A stretch of 64,000 nt of DNA from Octopus vulgaris (lineage: Eukaryota). Position 1 is the first letter of the stretch; each line of letters opens with the position of its first letter. The position numbers were made by a program, and so were the translations under genes. The notes under the pieces were generated by a model. The model worked only from the letters and a program-made list of their open reading frames with translations. It made no database searches and was not told the origin of the DNA. Shown here in pieces: positions 1 to 11,919 of the stretch. The stretch lies in NCBI GenBank assembly GCA_951406725.2, contig OX597829.1, positions 33,914,001 through 33,978,000 of the forward strand, read 5' to 3'.

Positions 1-419
1 TCCACATACACAACATATCAAGTGGAAGGATTCCAAAAGACCTGTTGTTAATCTGCAAGAAAGATTTAAAATTTCTTTATACAGTCTTTATAAGGTGGGA
101 GGAGGTTGCTAGTGATCACTCTCTTTGGAACATGCACTAAGCAGGAATTTGATATATGAGGAAAGCCTGAAACCTGCTAATGAAGGCAAGACAATTTGAC
201 TAGGGAGATTGACAGGCACTGCCTTCAAATGCTGTTTCTAGTCACAATCCATGGTCAAGATTTATGACATCAAGTGAGCATGTATAAATGTCTGCATATA
301 TTTAGATATTCATTCACTCGTACTCTTATATCTTATTTGTATGTCCCGAAGTTGTTAACTTGCCACTCATCTTTACAGATTACCATTAATTATTAAAATA
401 TTTGTAGTCATCGTTTCAG

Positions 420-578
420 AATGGCCAGGGCAAAAAGAAGGGCCAGAAAAGTGGTCGAAATAAAAAAGCCAATAAAAATAAAAGCAACCAACGGAAAAAT
501 AATAAGAAAACAAATCTTCCTCATGGTGGAAATGATCTCTCAGCAAAGTTATATTCCACTATGGAAAAACACAAGGAA
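420..578 (+). CDS. CREBBP: CBP/p300 internal exon: lysine-rich autoinhibitory loop of the HAT domain
   Basis: Acceptor tttcag|A at 419/420 and donor GAA|gtatgt at 578/579. The 159 nt (phase 0) read NGQGKKKGQKSGRNKKANKNKSNQRKNNKKTNLPHGGNDLSAKLYSTMEKHKE, matching CBP NDLSQKLYATMEKHKE. The ORF-track call 421..606 is in the wrong frame. Confidence 0.93.
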
Positions 579-729
579 GTATGTAATCACGTTTATTTCA
601 TTATAAAACATAATTGACATATCTGAATTTATCTTATTTTCATAACTTAGAAAATTAATTCAGTTTTTTTTTTCTTTTTCTTTTTCTTTTTGTAATTTTT
701 ATTAATTTAATTTATATATTAAATTTCAG

Positions 730-1011
730 GTCTTTTTTGTCATCCGTCTTCACTCAGTGCAGTCAGCAGGGAGCTTACCCCATATTGAAGACCCAGATCC
801 CTTAATTTCTTGTGATTTAATGGATGGTCGGGATGCATTTCTCACTATTGCTAGGGAAAAACATTATGAATTTTCTTCTTTACGAAGAGCCAAATATTCA
901 TCAATGGCTTTACTTTATGAACTGCATAATCAGGGAAGAGACAGCTTTGCCTATAATTGTAATCACTGCAAGTCTCTTGTTGAAACACGGTACCATTGTT
1001 CACAGTGTGAT
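730..1011 (+). CDS. CREBBP: CBP/p300 internal exon: end of the HAT domain and start of the ZZ zinc finger
   Basis: tttcag|GTC ... GAT|gtaagt; 282 nt reading VFFVIRLH...CDLMDGRDAFLTIAREKHYEFSSLRRAK...CNHCKSLVETRYHCSQCD, hallmark CBP/p300 sequence. Confidence 0.97.
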
Positions 1012-1333
1012 GTAAGTAAAAAAAATTTTTTAAATATGCTATTACTTGGAAATGAAAATATAGTATCTAATTTAGTAGTCTTACTGTACTTGAACTATCT
1101 AGTACTTATTTGTCTATAGTTTATTTAAAATATGTATCAGTAATAGGCCAAAAGTAATTGTATTAGGAATATTAGTATTATACAAACAGCTCTATATTTT
1201 TATACCTCAGTTAGTTTTTACTGGAACCCTGTTTAGCTTTGATATTGCTAACAATTAAAAATTACAAAATCGAGATTGATTTATATTTGTACATAAATGA
1301 TTATAAAATATTTTTTCTTTTTTAATCTTGCAG

Positions 1334-2350
1334 GATTTTGATCTTTGTGTTCCTTGTTATGAAAAAGAAGGTCATCCTCATAAAATGGATAAACTTGGAT
1401 TTGACCTTGATGATGGAGCTACTTCAGCAGAAAAGCAAGAAAATCCTCAGGAATGTCGACGGCAGTCTGTTCAAAGATGTATTCAGTCTATTATTCATGC
1501 ATATCAGTGTAGAGATGCTAATTGTAGACTGGCAAATTGTCAGAGAATGAAACGTGTTGTAGCACACACAAAAATATGTAAACGGAAAACTACTGGTGGT
1601 TGTCCCATTTGCAAACAGTTGCTAGCACTTTGCTGCTACCATGCAAAACATTGTACAGAAAATAAATGCCCGGCTCCATTCTGTTTCCAAATTAAACATA
1701 AATTAACACAGCAGCAATTACAACAAAGACTGCAACAAGCACGAATGATTAGGCGGCGCATGGAAACTATGTCTCAACGGAACTCTAATAGTAATAATGT
1801 TCAGCCTATGCCTCAGCAGCCACAAATACCTCCTTTTGGGGGGAAACCTCAGGGGCCACCCCCAGGTGCTATGCAAGCTGCTCGTCAGGCTCAAGAAGCT
1901 GCACAGCGACAAGCTGTTTCTTTAGGTAAGCCATCAGGACCTATTAATAATTTACCACCACAGGCGAAAATGCAGGCTATGCAACCAAAACCAATGAACC
2001 CCATGCCACAATCTGTACAGGGTGCCATGGTGCAACCATGGCAAAATTATCCAAGTCAACAAGGTCCTCCACCACAACCACCACCACAACCACGTCAAAT
2101 GCCACCTCAGAGAATGCCAATGCAACAGCCACAACAACTTGGTGCTCCTATAAACCCTGGTATGAATCAAATTCAATCAAAAGCTTCTATGCAGCAGTTA
2201 ATGCAAGTATTGAAAACCCCGCAATCACCACAACAACAAACTCAGATTTTAAATATTTTAAAATCAAATCCAAGTTTAATGGCAATTTTTCTTAAAAATA
2301 AAGATCAACAGCAGCAGCAACAGCAACAACAGCAACAACAACAGCAACAG

Positions 2351-2382
<32 letters not shown>

Positions 2383-3076
2383 GCAGATGCCTAATATGCA
2401 AAGTCTCCAACAACCAGGAGGGCAACAACTTCCATCACAGCAGCAACCAATATGGTATTCTAAAATGAGTCCAGTTATACCTAGACAACAGATTACTCCA
2501 TTTCAACAGCCACAACCACAGCCCCAATTTACACAACGAACAAGAATGAATTTTCCTCAGCAAGGAGTTCAAGGAGATGGTTCCCAGCATATGGCTCAGT
2601 TCCAACAGCAACAAATGATGCAACAGGTTCAACAGCATCAACAACAAATAAAACAGCATCTCTCTGGTGGACAACCTGTTAGTCCACAACAGATGCTTGC
2701 TCAACAGACTGCTCCTTCTCCACAACAAATTATGCAACAAGTTCGTTCACCCCCAACTTCCACATTACCACAAACTGTCCGTTCACCACAACCTACTCCA
2801 TCTCCACGGCAGCAACCCATTCCTTCACCTAGACAGCCTCAACAATCACATCATATACCTCCTACTACTCATTCACCACATTCGGTTGTGGCTGGACAAG
2901 CCACTACACCAGATCCTAATCAAATTCATTCAGATCAGGTCATGCTTCCACAATTACAAACTCATGGTAATGTTTCACAGTTAAAAAGCCCTAGTTCTTC
3001 AGATTTATCACATGGACAAGACTCTGAAGTTGCTTCAATAAATCCAGACTCTTTAAAATTGGTTGAAAAGGTGTAG
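1334..3076 (+). CDS. CREBBP: CBP/p300 terminal coding exon: ZZ end, TAZ2, Q/P-rich region, NCBD (IBiD), polyQ, C-terminus
   Basis: ttgcag|GAT acceptor; DFDLCVPCY (ZZ); QRCIQSIIHAYQCRDANC...GGCPICKQLLALCCYHAKHC...CPAPFC (TAZ2); QQLMQVLKTPQSPQQQTQILNILKSNPSLMAIF (NCBD); ends in tandem stops TAG TGA. Confidence 0.97.
2306..2386 (+). repeat. Coding CAG/CAA repeat, 27 consecutive glutamines
   Basis: 81 nt of mixed CAA/CAG codons between GAT (D) and ATG (M). Confidence 0.95.
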
Positions 3077-5821
3077 TGAAGACTGAAAACAAAGTAAAGG
3101 GGGCAAACCAAGTGATCTGTATAAAACCCATTGTAGAGAATGGTCATTGACGTTATATTTTGTCTGTTTTTTCCAGAACAAAAGTGAAAATTTTTCAGAG
3201 GAAGAGATGTTTATTTTATACATAAAAATTGTAGGTAGCAATTGAATTAACTTCTATCACATTACCAATGGACAAGAATTTATCTAATTATAAACTGTAC
3301 ACAATAATTTGTATAGGTAGTTCATGGAAAGTCTGTCATCCTTTGCATTGCAAATGTGCCTAGTTCTTCCTCTGGTAGATAGTTGAACCAATATCCTTTG
3401 TTTAGGTGTTACTGTTTTAGGATTCAACACTCATTTCAAGAAAAGGTTAATCAAATCAGTGTGCATAAACCTAATGACCTATATTGTTATTTCCACAGAA
3501 CATTTTTATTCGAATTCAATTCACAGAATGAATTGTTGTACGGACACACATTTTTACTTAATGATATACTAATATCTTTATAAATGTGTGCACCTTTCCT
3601 ATTTCAAAGGCTTATGTTCAAGTGAGTTCTATGTGAGATAGGTGTGAACTGACGACAGAACAAGATTGCTTGATGCCCTGTTTCTAAGTTGATTCACTGT
3701 GCTTCAACATTATTGTTGCAGTTAACATATCAATGAAAAGCTACCTTTTGAGAAGTGATCACCATTGCTCATTTGTAAAATAGATATGCTCATTAAACCC
3801 ACCTCAATTTTAAAATTTTAGAAAAGGCATAAGACTAATCATTATCCTTTGTGCTGGTAAAATTTCTATCAGTTTGAACAATTATTGAATCCATTTTTAA
3901 TTGCATTTATGTGTTATTTTACAGACTTACATAATTGTCCATACTAGACAAATAACATACATTACCAAAACCGAAAAAAAAAAAACCTGAAAATTAAAAA
4001 AAGAAAATTATATTAATTTTTTTTCCTTCCCCTTAGAAAGCTCACATTGTAGTCAAGTCCAGTCAAATACAGACTTGATAAGCTTGACTGCTGCACTTTT
4101 ATCCATTCTAGAGGATTAAGCTATCATGGCATAGCTGCCATGCTTTCTGTAACAGCAATTTTGTTGAAGTCTTTATAAATTAAATAACTGATACTGTTAT
4201 TGTTCATGTAGATGTGTCCTTGAATGTTTTGTGCTGTTTTGCCAGAAAGTATTAGAAAAGCAAGTTTTTCTTGCATTCTAAACTCTGAAAATTTATTGAA
4301 TCTTATTTCAGAGTCCTCATTCAAAACTCTATTTGTAAGATAATTGTTGATAACTTTTAAAATACGCTCCTGTTGTACTATAGACATTTCACACAAAAAA
4401 AAAAAAAAAAAATATGGCTTTCGGAAAACAGTTTGATAAAATATTTGCAAATCACAATTGTGTTTGTATAACTATGTGCACTATGATTTCATTTATATGA
4501 AACCTAAGCATCATGCAATTTGAAGTGAGCATTTATTTTAGTATGTGAAAAAAAAATGGGAAAAGAAAAAGAAAATTCTGTGGACACTGCCAAACGAATT
4601 CCATGAAGCAAGAATTAGTGTCTTTTCAATGAGGGTAAGATTCCATTTTAAAGATTAAGAGTTATTGATTTTATAAGATTATGGAAGAATTATTCAAGTG
4701 TAAAATATTCGCGCACACATACACATACAGAAGAGGAAAAGCTGATTTGATAAAAAAAAATTGCTTTACTATTAAAGAAGGAAGTCAGATTAAACTATTT
4801 GTTGATGAATAGTTTGAAATGTCATTCTGATTGTCAACAATCCTTATTTATTGTCCCATATTTATTTTAAGTATTTGTACCAGCTTAATAAGCATTAGTC
4901 TTTGGAATTTTTCAGTGATTTTCTTTATCAGCTTTTAGCAATTTTTAATTCTTTTATTTTGTCCAGATCTACTCTGTAATAATAATTTTTATGTAACCAC
5001 ACTATATGCAAGGTATTTAAGATATAAGTGCTAAAAACCTAACTGAAGAACCTCTATGAGTGGGAGCTGGAGAGAGAGAGAAAGAAAATTGTGAATGTGT
5101 CTATGATATCTAAGAGGCTTTGTGGTTTATTAAATGTTGCACTCTTTCAAATATCTAGTTGTGTGTGTGTATGTGTGTGTGTATAAATATGTGTGTGTGT
5201 GTATATATATGTGTGTATAATCTTTTAATTAAAATTTATTAGAATACTTTATTCAGATTTCTCTTTTTAAATAATTCTGCTCCTAGCACAGGCATCTATT
5301 TGTAACTGAATATTTCTAACTAACCTTAAATTACAAATTTTTAAACGTCTATTTTAGGAAATTGTTATCTAAAACATTTATTTACTTGAATTTTTATGTT
5401 GCTTGACAGTTTTTTCTAGAAATTTTTAATAGCCCAAATCTGGATTATAAATTGTTAAGCATAGGATAAGAAATTTTTATATTCTGGACTCAATTCAGTC
5501 ATAATTTTAAGAATACAGTGTTGTCTTCAAGAAAAGTATGTTAATGTTGATGAAATTGTCTTAATTGAAATCCAGTTTTTGGTATTTTTTTCTCTTTTTC
5601 TCTTTTTTTAAAAAATTTAAAATTTTTTTTTCTTTCCTCATTGAAATATAAATCATTTATTTGGATGTCGCAAGCCAGCAAAGGAAGTTAATGCATTAAC
5701 TCTGCAAATCTGTTTCAAGTTGGCATTGTGTTAATATCATGTTGCAACTTTTAATGGACCTGTCTCCCGAAAATTGCATTTTCTCCTTATTTTAACAAAC
5801 TACTTTTTGCACACACGTACA

Positions 5822-5852
<31 letters not shown>

Positions 5853-6620
5853 TCATTCTTGTGTGTTTATGTCGATTGAGTTCACTGCACTATACAGAGA
5901 ATTGCTTGGATCATTCAATATGTTTTTTGAAGATTTGTTGCAAAATGCATTGATGAAAGACAACTATATAACTATTCAGTACAGATGATGCCATAGCTAG
6001 AGAAATATTTTCATTCAATTTTTCTTGTCATGCTGTTGCTTCTGTTGAATTCAAAATTTGGCAAACATCCTAGCAATCTCACTATTTAATATATCAAAAA
6101 AATATATTTTTAAAAAAAAATCCTAAAAAATTAATAAAATGTATTTAAAATACTTATCAAATAGTATTTATTGCTAATTAGATAACACTTCCACTTAGAT
6201 GGTGATGGTTGAATGGAAAAAAAAATTTAATATTTTCATTTCAATGAAAATTAAATTTGAAATTTTTGGATTTATTTATTCAATTTTATGTATACACAAT
6301 GTATACATGTACATGTAGGTGGGTTCTATTTCCCACTTGCATTCAAAAGATATTTACACCTACCCATTCCCCCAAAATATGTCCTATATTCTAGTAAGTG
6401 GTATGTCAAAAATTCAGTAACTTGGGGCGGATTATTGATATGTGCATTTGAGCTGTTATGGAAAGGGTCCTCTGAATAAATGTGAGATAGGGTGCTGGCT
6501 GAACCATTGAAGACAACTTAAGTGCCATTCTCATTTGCTGAAATGGAAACAAAACATGAATGACTGAAGGAATGTTTTATTTTTACCAATCTTGCTGCAT
6601 TGGTCACCATTCCCTTATTG

Positions 6621-6626
6621 AATAAA
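6621..6626 (+). terminator. Candidate polyadenylation signal of the CBP transcript (3' UTR about 3.5 kb)
   Basis: AATAAA, an ATTAAA just after it and a T-rich tract about 30 nt downstream. 3077-8400 has no recognisable TEs, as expected of a long UTR. Other AATAAA copies exist (about 6475 and 7768). Confidence 0.35.
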
Positions 6627-8494
6627 TTATTAAAATATGTTAAAGATTTCTTTTTTTTTCTTCCTGCTTCATACTGATTTGCATTTTTATTGTATTTAAA
6701 GGACTATAGTATATGTTAAGGAATATTGTGTATTTGAAGGTTAAACATGCAATTTATTTAAAAAATTGCAGCTTTTCCCAAGGTTCTCTTCAATTTAATT
6801 TGATATCAAACTCACTGGTTTTCTTTATTGTTGGACTTCAATATTTCTGTCCACCAAAAGCAAGGCTGTTATTCTTAAACCTACAGTTGTATGAGGTGGG
6901 GAAAATTTTCCCAAAATTTAATGCATATAGTTGAATCATTTGACTAGAAATAATAAATGGTATGTATAAGTTTATTTTATATCAGTCTAGTCTCCATTTA
7001 TCATAAATTAATGCTAAATGTGCTTCAGGGGTATGGAAGCACTTAAGAGTATTACAAGTAGGTAAGAATGTAACATTTGTCAAATTTTTATTTGAGCAAG
7101 AGAAGACAACATTGTACATTTTGAATTCCTGTTCAAAAAGACTAAAAGATAAGTTTTTAATGGAGTCCTTTAGAAATTGTAGTGTATTTAATTAGTTAAG
7201 CAAATAGAATTTCTTATATGAAATCAGTATGCTATTTCACTTAGATTTGGGCTTCAGTTATTTGAAACAGTATTTTTTAAGAGAAAATATTATTTTTTTT
7301 TAACTTCGGTGTCTTTGTCTTACGTTTTCTAAGTTAAAAATACATTTTTATCTCATAAAAAGTCTTATCCTTCCCTAGAGTTGTGTTAGTAGCTTCGCTT
7401 AAATAAGTTACCCCACATGTAAATGTATATTTCCAGTTACTGCTTAAAACGTGTGTATGTGTGTGTGTCAAATCCATGAACCTAAATGGAAATCTTTTGT
7501 GTAAATGTAAAAGGAAATGGCAAGATTTCTTAGAAAATGGTTTGTAAATTCCATATATTTGTTCTATTTTTTACTTGAGAAAAAATTAGAAAAATTCTTG
7601 TTTTAGATGTTATTGCACTTGTAATGTGTGCTCTGTATTTTGCCAGTGTAATGGCATTGCTCCAGTGTGGCTGACAGGTTGGAACATTTAAAGGAGTGTT
7701 GGAGTTACTGTGTGATGGATTTTATTTGCAATCCAAACTACAACAAATTAAGATGTAAATATAATTTCAATAAATTTATTAACCAAATGAAAATTAATGC
7801 ACAAATTCTTGTTAACATTTGTGCTAAATATTCAGTTGCAATTCATTTCAGTTACTGGTAGGGATGCTGAAATTATTTTCTCTTAGATAATTAGTGTCTA
7901 TTTAATACATTTGTCTTAAATGTTATTAAATTTTTGTCTCTAATTATGTTTTCAAAATAGAATGTGTAACTTTAGTTGATACTTGACTACTATAGGATTT
8001 ACAATGACACTAATGTCTTAAAGAATAGAAGTATGGTAAGTATTATATTTTAAAATCTGAATATGATTATCTTTCTAAAATTAGGCCTTCATATTCAAAT
8101 AATGGATGCAAACAAACCATGGAAGAATCAAGTTTGAATATTTTTCATGTTTTTTGTGCCTTCATTTGCTGTAGGTTGAAGACAAAGAAGACACTAGAAA
8201 TCTGCTGGTAAACTATGAAGCATGGAATATTCAGCATTTTGTAAAATTGGTTAATTAGAAATAGCAAGCCAACACTCACACATGTTAGTAATAAACTAAA
8301 GAGTGGGTGATCGAATCACATTCAAAGATGAATAATTTTTAATAGTAGTGCTGTTTAATACAAAACAAGTGACTTCATGCAAAATTATATGCGCTTCAAT
8401 CATACTTTGTAATGGTAACAGTTTAGCCATCTTGTTAGGTGTGTGTTCATGCAAAAATGGACATTAGAGTTGTGATTGGTGTGTATATAGGTAT

Positions 8495-8870
8495 AAGTGT
8501 GACTGTGATAAGAAGTTTGCTTCCTAACCACATAGTTCCAGTATAAGTCCCATCTTTAGCAAATGTTTTCTGCTAATGTTTCAGGCTGACCAAAGCCATG
8601 GAAGTGGATTTGGTAGTCTGGTAGACAGAAACTGAAAGAAGCTCATTAATATATATATATGTGTGTGTGTGTGTCTGGGTTTTCCCTATGCCACAGTTTG
8701 ACAACCATTGGTGGTTTCTTTAAAACCCCAATATCTTAGTGGTTTTGCAACAGACACCAATAGAGTGAGTATCAGGCTTAGAAGAAAAAATTAGTGTTGG
8801 TTCATCTAATACTCTTCAATGTGGTGCCCCAGCATAGCCGTAGTCTAATGACTGAAACAAGTAAAAGATA
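8495..8870 (+). mobile_element. tRNA-derived SINE, family A, decayed
   Basis: Colinear with the 17950-18318 copy (gaccaaagcc...ggatttggtag...aaactgaaagaagc...cagcatagcc...atgactgaaacaagtaaaag). Confidence 0.8.
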
Positions 8871-8876
8871 TATATA

Positions 8877-9986
8877 TTGGGTCGTCCCATAAATAATGCA
8901 GTTTTATACTTTTATTTTTCAAAATTAAGATAGTTCTTTTTTAATCTAAAATATACTCTCCTTCGTATTCTACAATGTTTTTCCATCTATCTGATAGGCC
9001 CCTCTTCCAAAATTCACTTGTCTGTGACGAAAACTACTCCTCCAGTGGCCTCGTCTACAGAATTCATATTTTTTCCGTCCAAATGATTTTGAAGTGCAGA
9101 ATAAATGATAATAGATGGAGCAATGTCTGGCAGATATGGTGGATAGGGTATTGTCTCCCATTGAAACTGCTCTAGCCTTTGGAATGTCATCCTCATTGTA
9201 TGTAATCAAGCATTATCCTGATAGAAGAATGCTTTCTGTTTTGAAACCAAAGATGGTTGATTTTTTTTCTAGTGCTGACTTAGGCCACTCAAGTTGCGCA
9301 TAGTAGATATCTGTTATCATTTGGTTTGGGTTTAAAAGTTCAAAGTGGACTAAACCTTTCATATTCCACCAAACAGATAACCACACTGTGGATGAAGACC
9401 TTTAGCCTGGGGTGCTGGTGTTTCTCCTTTCCCTACCCACTGTCTTCGGTGCTTGACATTTTTATAGAGAGCCTATTTCTCGTCACTGGTCCAAAAAAAG
9501 GTTCTTTTATGAAACATGACAGCAAAGAAGAGCACACATTCACTCCCTGCATGCAACTAGACTAAACCCAATTTTCTGACTTTTCCAATGACACACAGGT
9601 GTCAATGAATGAGCAAATCGAAGCTTCTCTGTTAGTTCCTCAACAGTTACAATGGGATTTTGTTCCACCAGAGTTTGCAGGATATCCTCATTGAGCTCTA
9701 CAGATCTTCCAGGATGAGGCTCGTCTTCTAGGCTGTAGTTTGCGGCTTGCAATTTCTGGAACTGCTGTTGACTCATAAAGAAAAATATTCTGAATATGCT
9801 CCTTCATCACTTCCATTATAGTTTTGAAAAGATAACTGTTAAAATTGAGCTGCACTCATCAAACCTTGCACTAAGAATAAGGACTACCTGCTATTATAGC
9901 AAGTTGATGCAGATAGTTTATCCCATCCCCTTCCAACTTTTAGTTCATGCAATTGAAAAAGCCGCATTATTTATTGGATGACCTAA
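8877..9986 (-). mobile_element. mariner transposon relic with both TIRs and a decayed transposase
   Basis: TA|TTGGGTCGTCCCATAAATAATGC ... GCATTATTTATTGGATGACCTAA|TA. Minus-strand fragments SLEDEPHPGRSVELNEDIL (HTH) and WETIPYPPYLPDIAPS (YSPDLAP-type motif), broken by frameshifts. Confidence 0.9.
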
Positions 9987-9997
9987 TACACACACAG

Positions 9998-10290
9998 CTT
10001 CTCAATCACATGATTCCAGGTTCAGTCCTACTGTGTGGTATCGTAGGCAAGTGTCTTCTACTACAGTCAACCAAAGCCTTGTGAATGGATTGGTAGATGG
10101 GAACTGAAAAAAGTTTATTGCATATATATCTGTGTGTGTTTGATCCCCTACCACTGCTCAACAACTAGTGGTAGTGTGTTAACAACCCTGTAAATTTGTG
10201 ATTCAGCAAAAGGGACTGATGGAATAAGTACCCAGCTTTAAGGTGGCATTCCAGCATGGTCACAGTCAAAAGACTAACAAAAAGAATAAA
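9998..10290 (+). mobile_element. SINE family A, decayed
   Basis: B-box-like ggttcagtcc and ggcaagtgtcttctacta; same order of blocks as the 17950 copy. Confidence 0.75.
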
Positions 10291-10611
10291 TGTATATATT
10301 CCAGTGGTAACGAGTTTGAGAGACGGTATGTGTGTGTATATATATATAAATTAGAAAAAAACCCACCTTTTATCAATTCAATATGAAAAATTAAATTATA
10401 CCATCTAGAAAATTACATATTATAGAAAGATTATACTCTGGAAGTGGGGTGACCAAATTGAGTAAAAGGTATGTCTAACCTCTTAGAATATAAAAACTCA
10501 AAAGATGTCTGAAAGTGAAAAATATTTAATCGATAATCATTATTCTGACAATAGTTTTTGTTTAGTATGTGGCTTTTTTGAGGCAAAACAAAATGTATTT
10601 TGTCAGACTAA

Positions 10612-10760
10612 TGGTTGTGGTAAGTTACTTGCTCACCAACCACATAGTTATGGGCTCAGTCCCACTGCGAGGCACCCTGGGCAAGTGTCTTCTACTGTAG
10701 CCTCGGGCCGACCAAGGTGAATTTGGTAGACAGAAACTGAAAGAAGCCCGTCGTATATAT
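10612..10760 (+). mobile_element. SINE family A, 5' part
   Basis: tgtggtaag...cagtcccactgcgaggcaccctgggcaagtgtcttctac...gaagcccgtcg. Confidence 0.8.
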
Positions 10761-11109
10761 GTGAACCCTACTTTCTGCCTCAATAGGCACCATAGCTCAA
10801 CAATTGATTTATCTCCAGCAGCCAAAAGACTTAGGCATGTACAAAATGAGAGAACATTTTACAACCTAGGTAATTTTCACAAATTAACCAAGAATGAACT
10901 AAGAGAAATAACTCAATGCCTAGCAGCATATACAGGAACAATATGAAAAGGTGTAGATATATCAAATACCACACAACATGAGGGGTTTTGTTTTTCTTTT
11001 AGAAAAAGGACAAGCTCATTATTTGGAGACAGTTTTTAAAAAATTAAGAATTTATGTTGTATGATATTTGAGATACCTTCATTTTTTTTAGGTTGATTAT
11101 GTACATGCA

Positions 11110-11153
<44 letters not shown>

Positions 11154-11489
11154 TATTAATACTTATACAATATAGTATTGTTGATCCATTTCACCCAATT
11201 TTACCTCTTGGTTTTGCACACTGGAGCTTGTCAAAAGGGTTGGCCAAGATAGGGTTTTTCCCTGAACCCTAGTGTGAAACTGATTTTTAAAATCAGCAGA
11301 AACAGACTTATACTTAAAATGCCTGTTTCTCAACAGCAGTCAAACCTTGCCACAACTCTAGCTCTCATCCAAACACTTATACATGTTCTCATCAGCCTCA
11401 CTCTAGTATTATTTCCCGGTCACTGAAATTTTACCCTAATATATAAATTGTACACACTTTACTCCCTTATTATCCCTCTTTGCTCTTAA

Positions 11490-11709
11490 CCCTTTTGTTA
11501 CCAACCCGGCTGAAACCGGCCTTGGCTCTGAGTACAAATGTCTTGTTTTCATAAGTTTTGAATTAAAATCTTCCACCAAACCTTAGTCCCAATTTATGTT
11601 CCTAACACTAGCTTAATGATAACTAAGTTATTTTACTAAATTCTTTGTTATATTTAGAGTAATTGAAAGAAACGCAGAGCATCTCAAAATAAATAGAGTA
11701 ACGAAAGGG
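11490..11709. mobile_element. piggyBac-type MITE (220 bp)
   Basis: TTAA|CCCTTTTGTTAC ... GTAACGAAAGGG|TTAA: TTAA TSD, CCC/GGG termini, 11/12 TIR match. Confidence 0.88.
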
Positions 11710-11919
11710 TTAATCCAGCTTCTTCCTCCACCATACAGTTTTTCACTGTACTGGTATGCCTCCATTTTCCCAGCCTTTTTTCTGCTATCTATTTCACTTC
11801 TGGAATTGACTGCTTGATTTTACCAGTTAACTATATTAGGACTCTCTTCTATAATGTGAGAATAAACTAATCTTTTTAAGACATCCTGTTACAAATAAAA
11901 TTTTTCTTTAACTGTCTAC

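Noticed and set aside
421-606. 61-aa basic ORF MARAKRRAR
   Set aside because: Out-of-frame reading of the CBP exon 420-578.
10540-10590. Possible very decayed hammerhead on the minus strand
   Set aside because: Too many core and stem mismatches to distinguish from chance.
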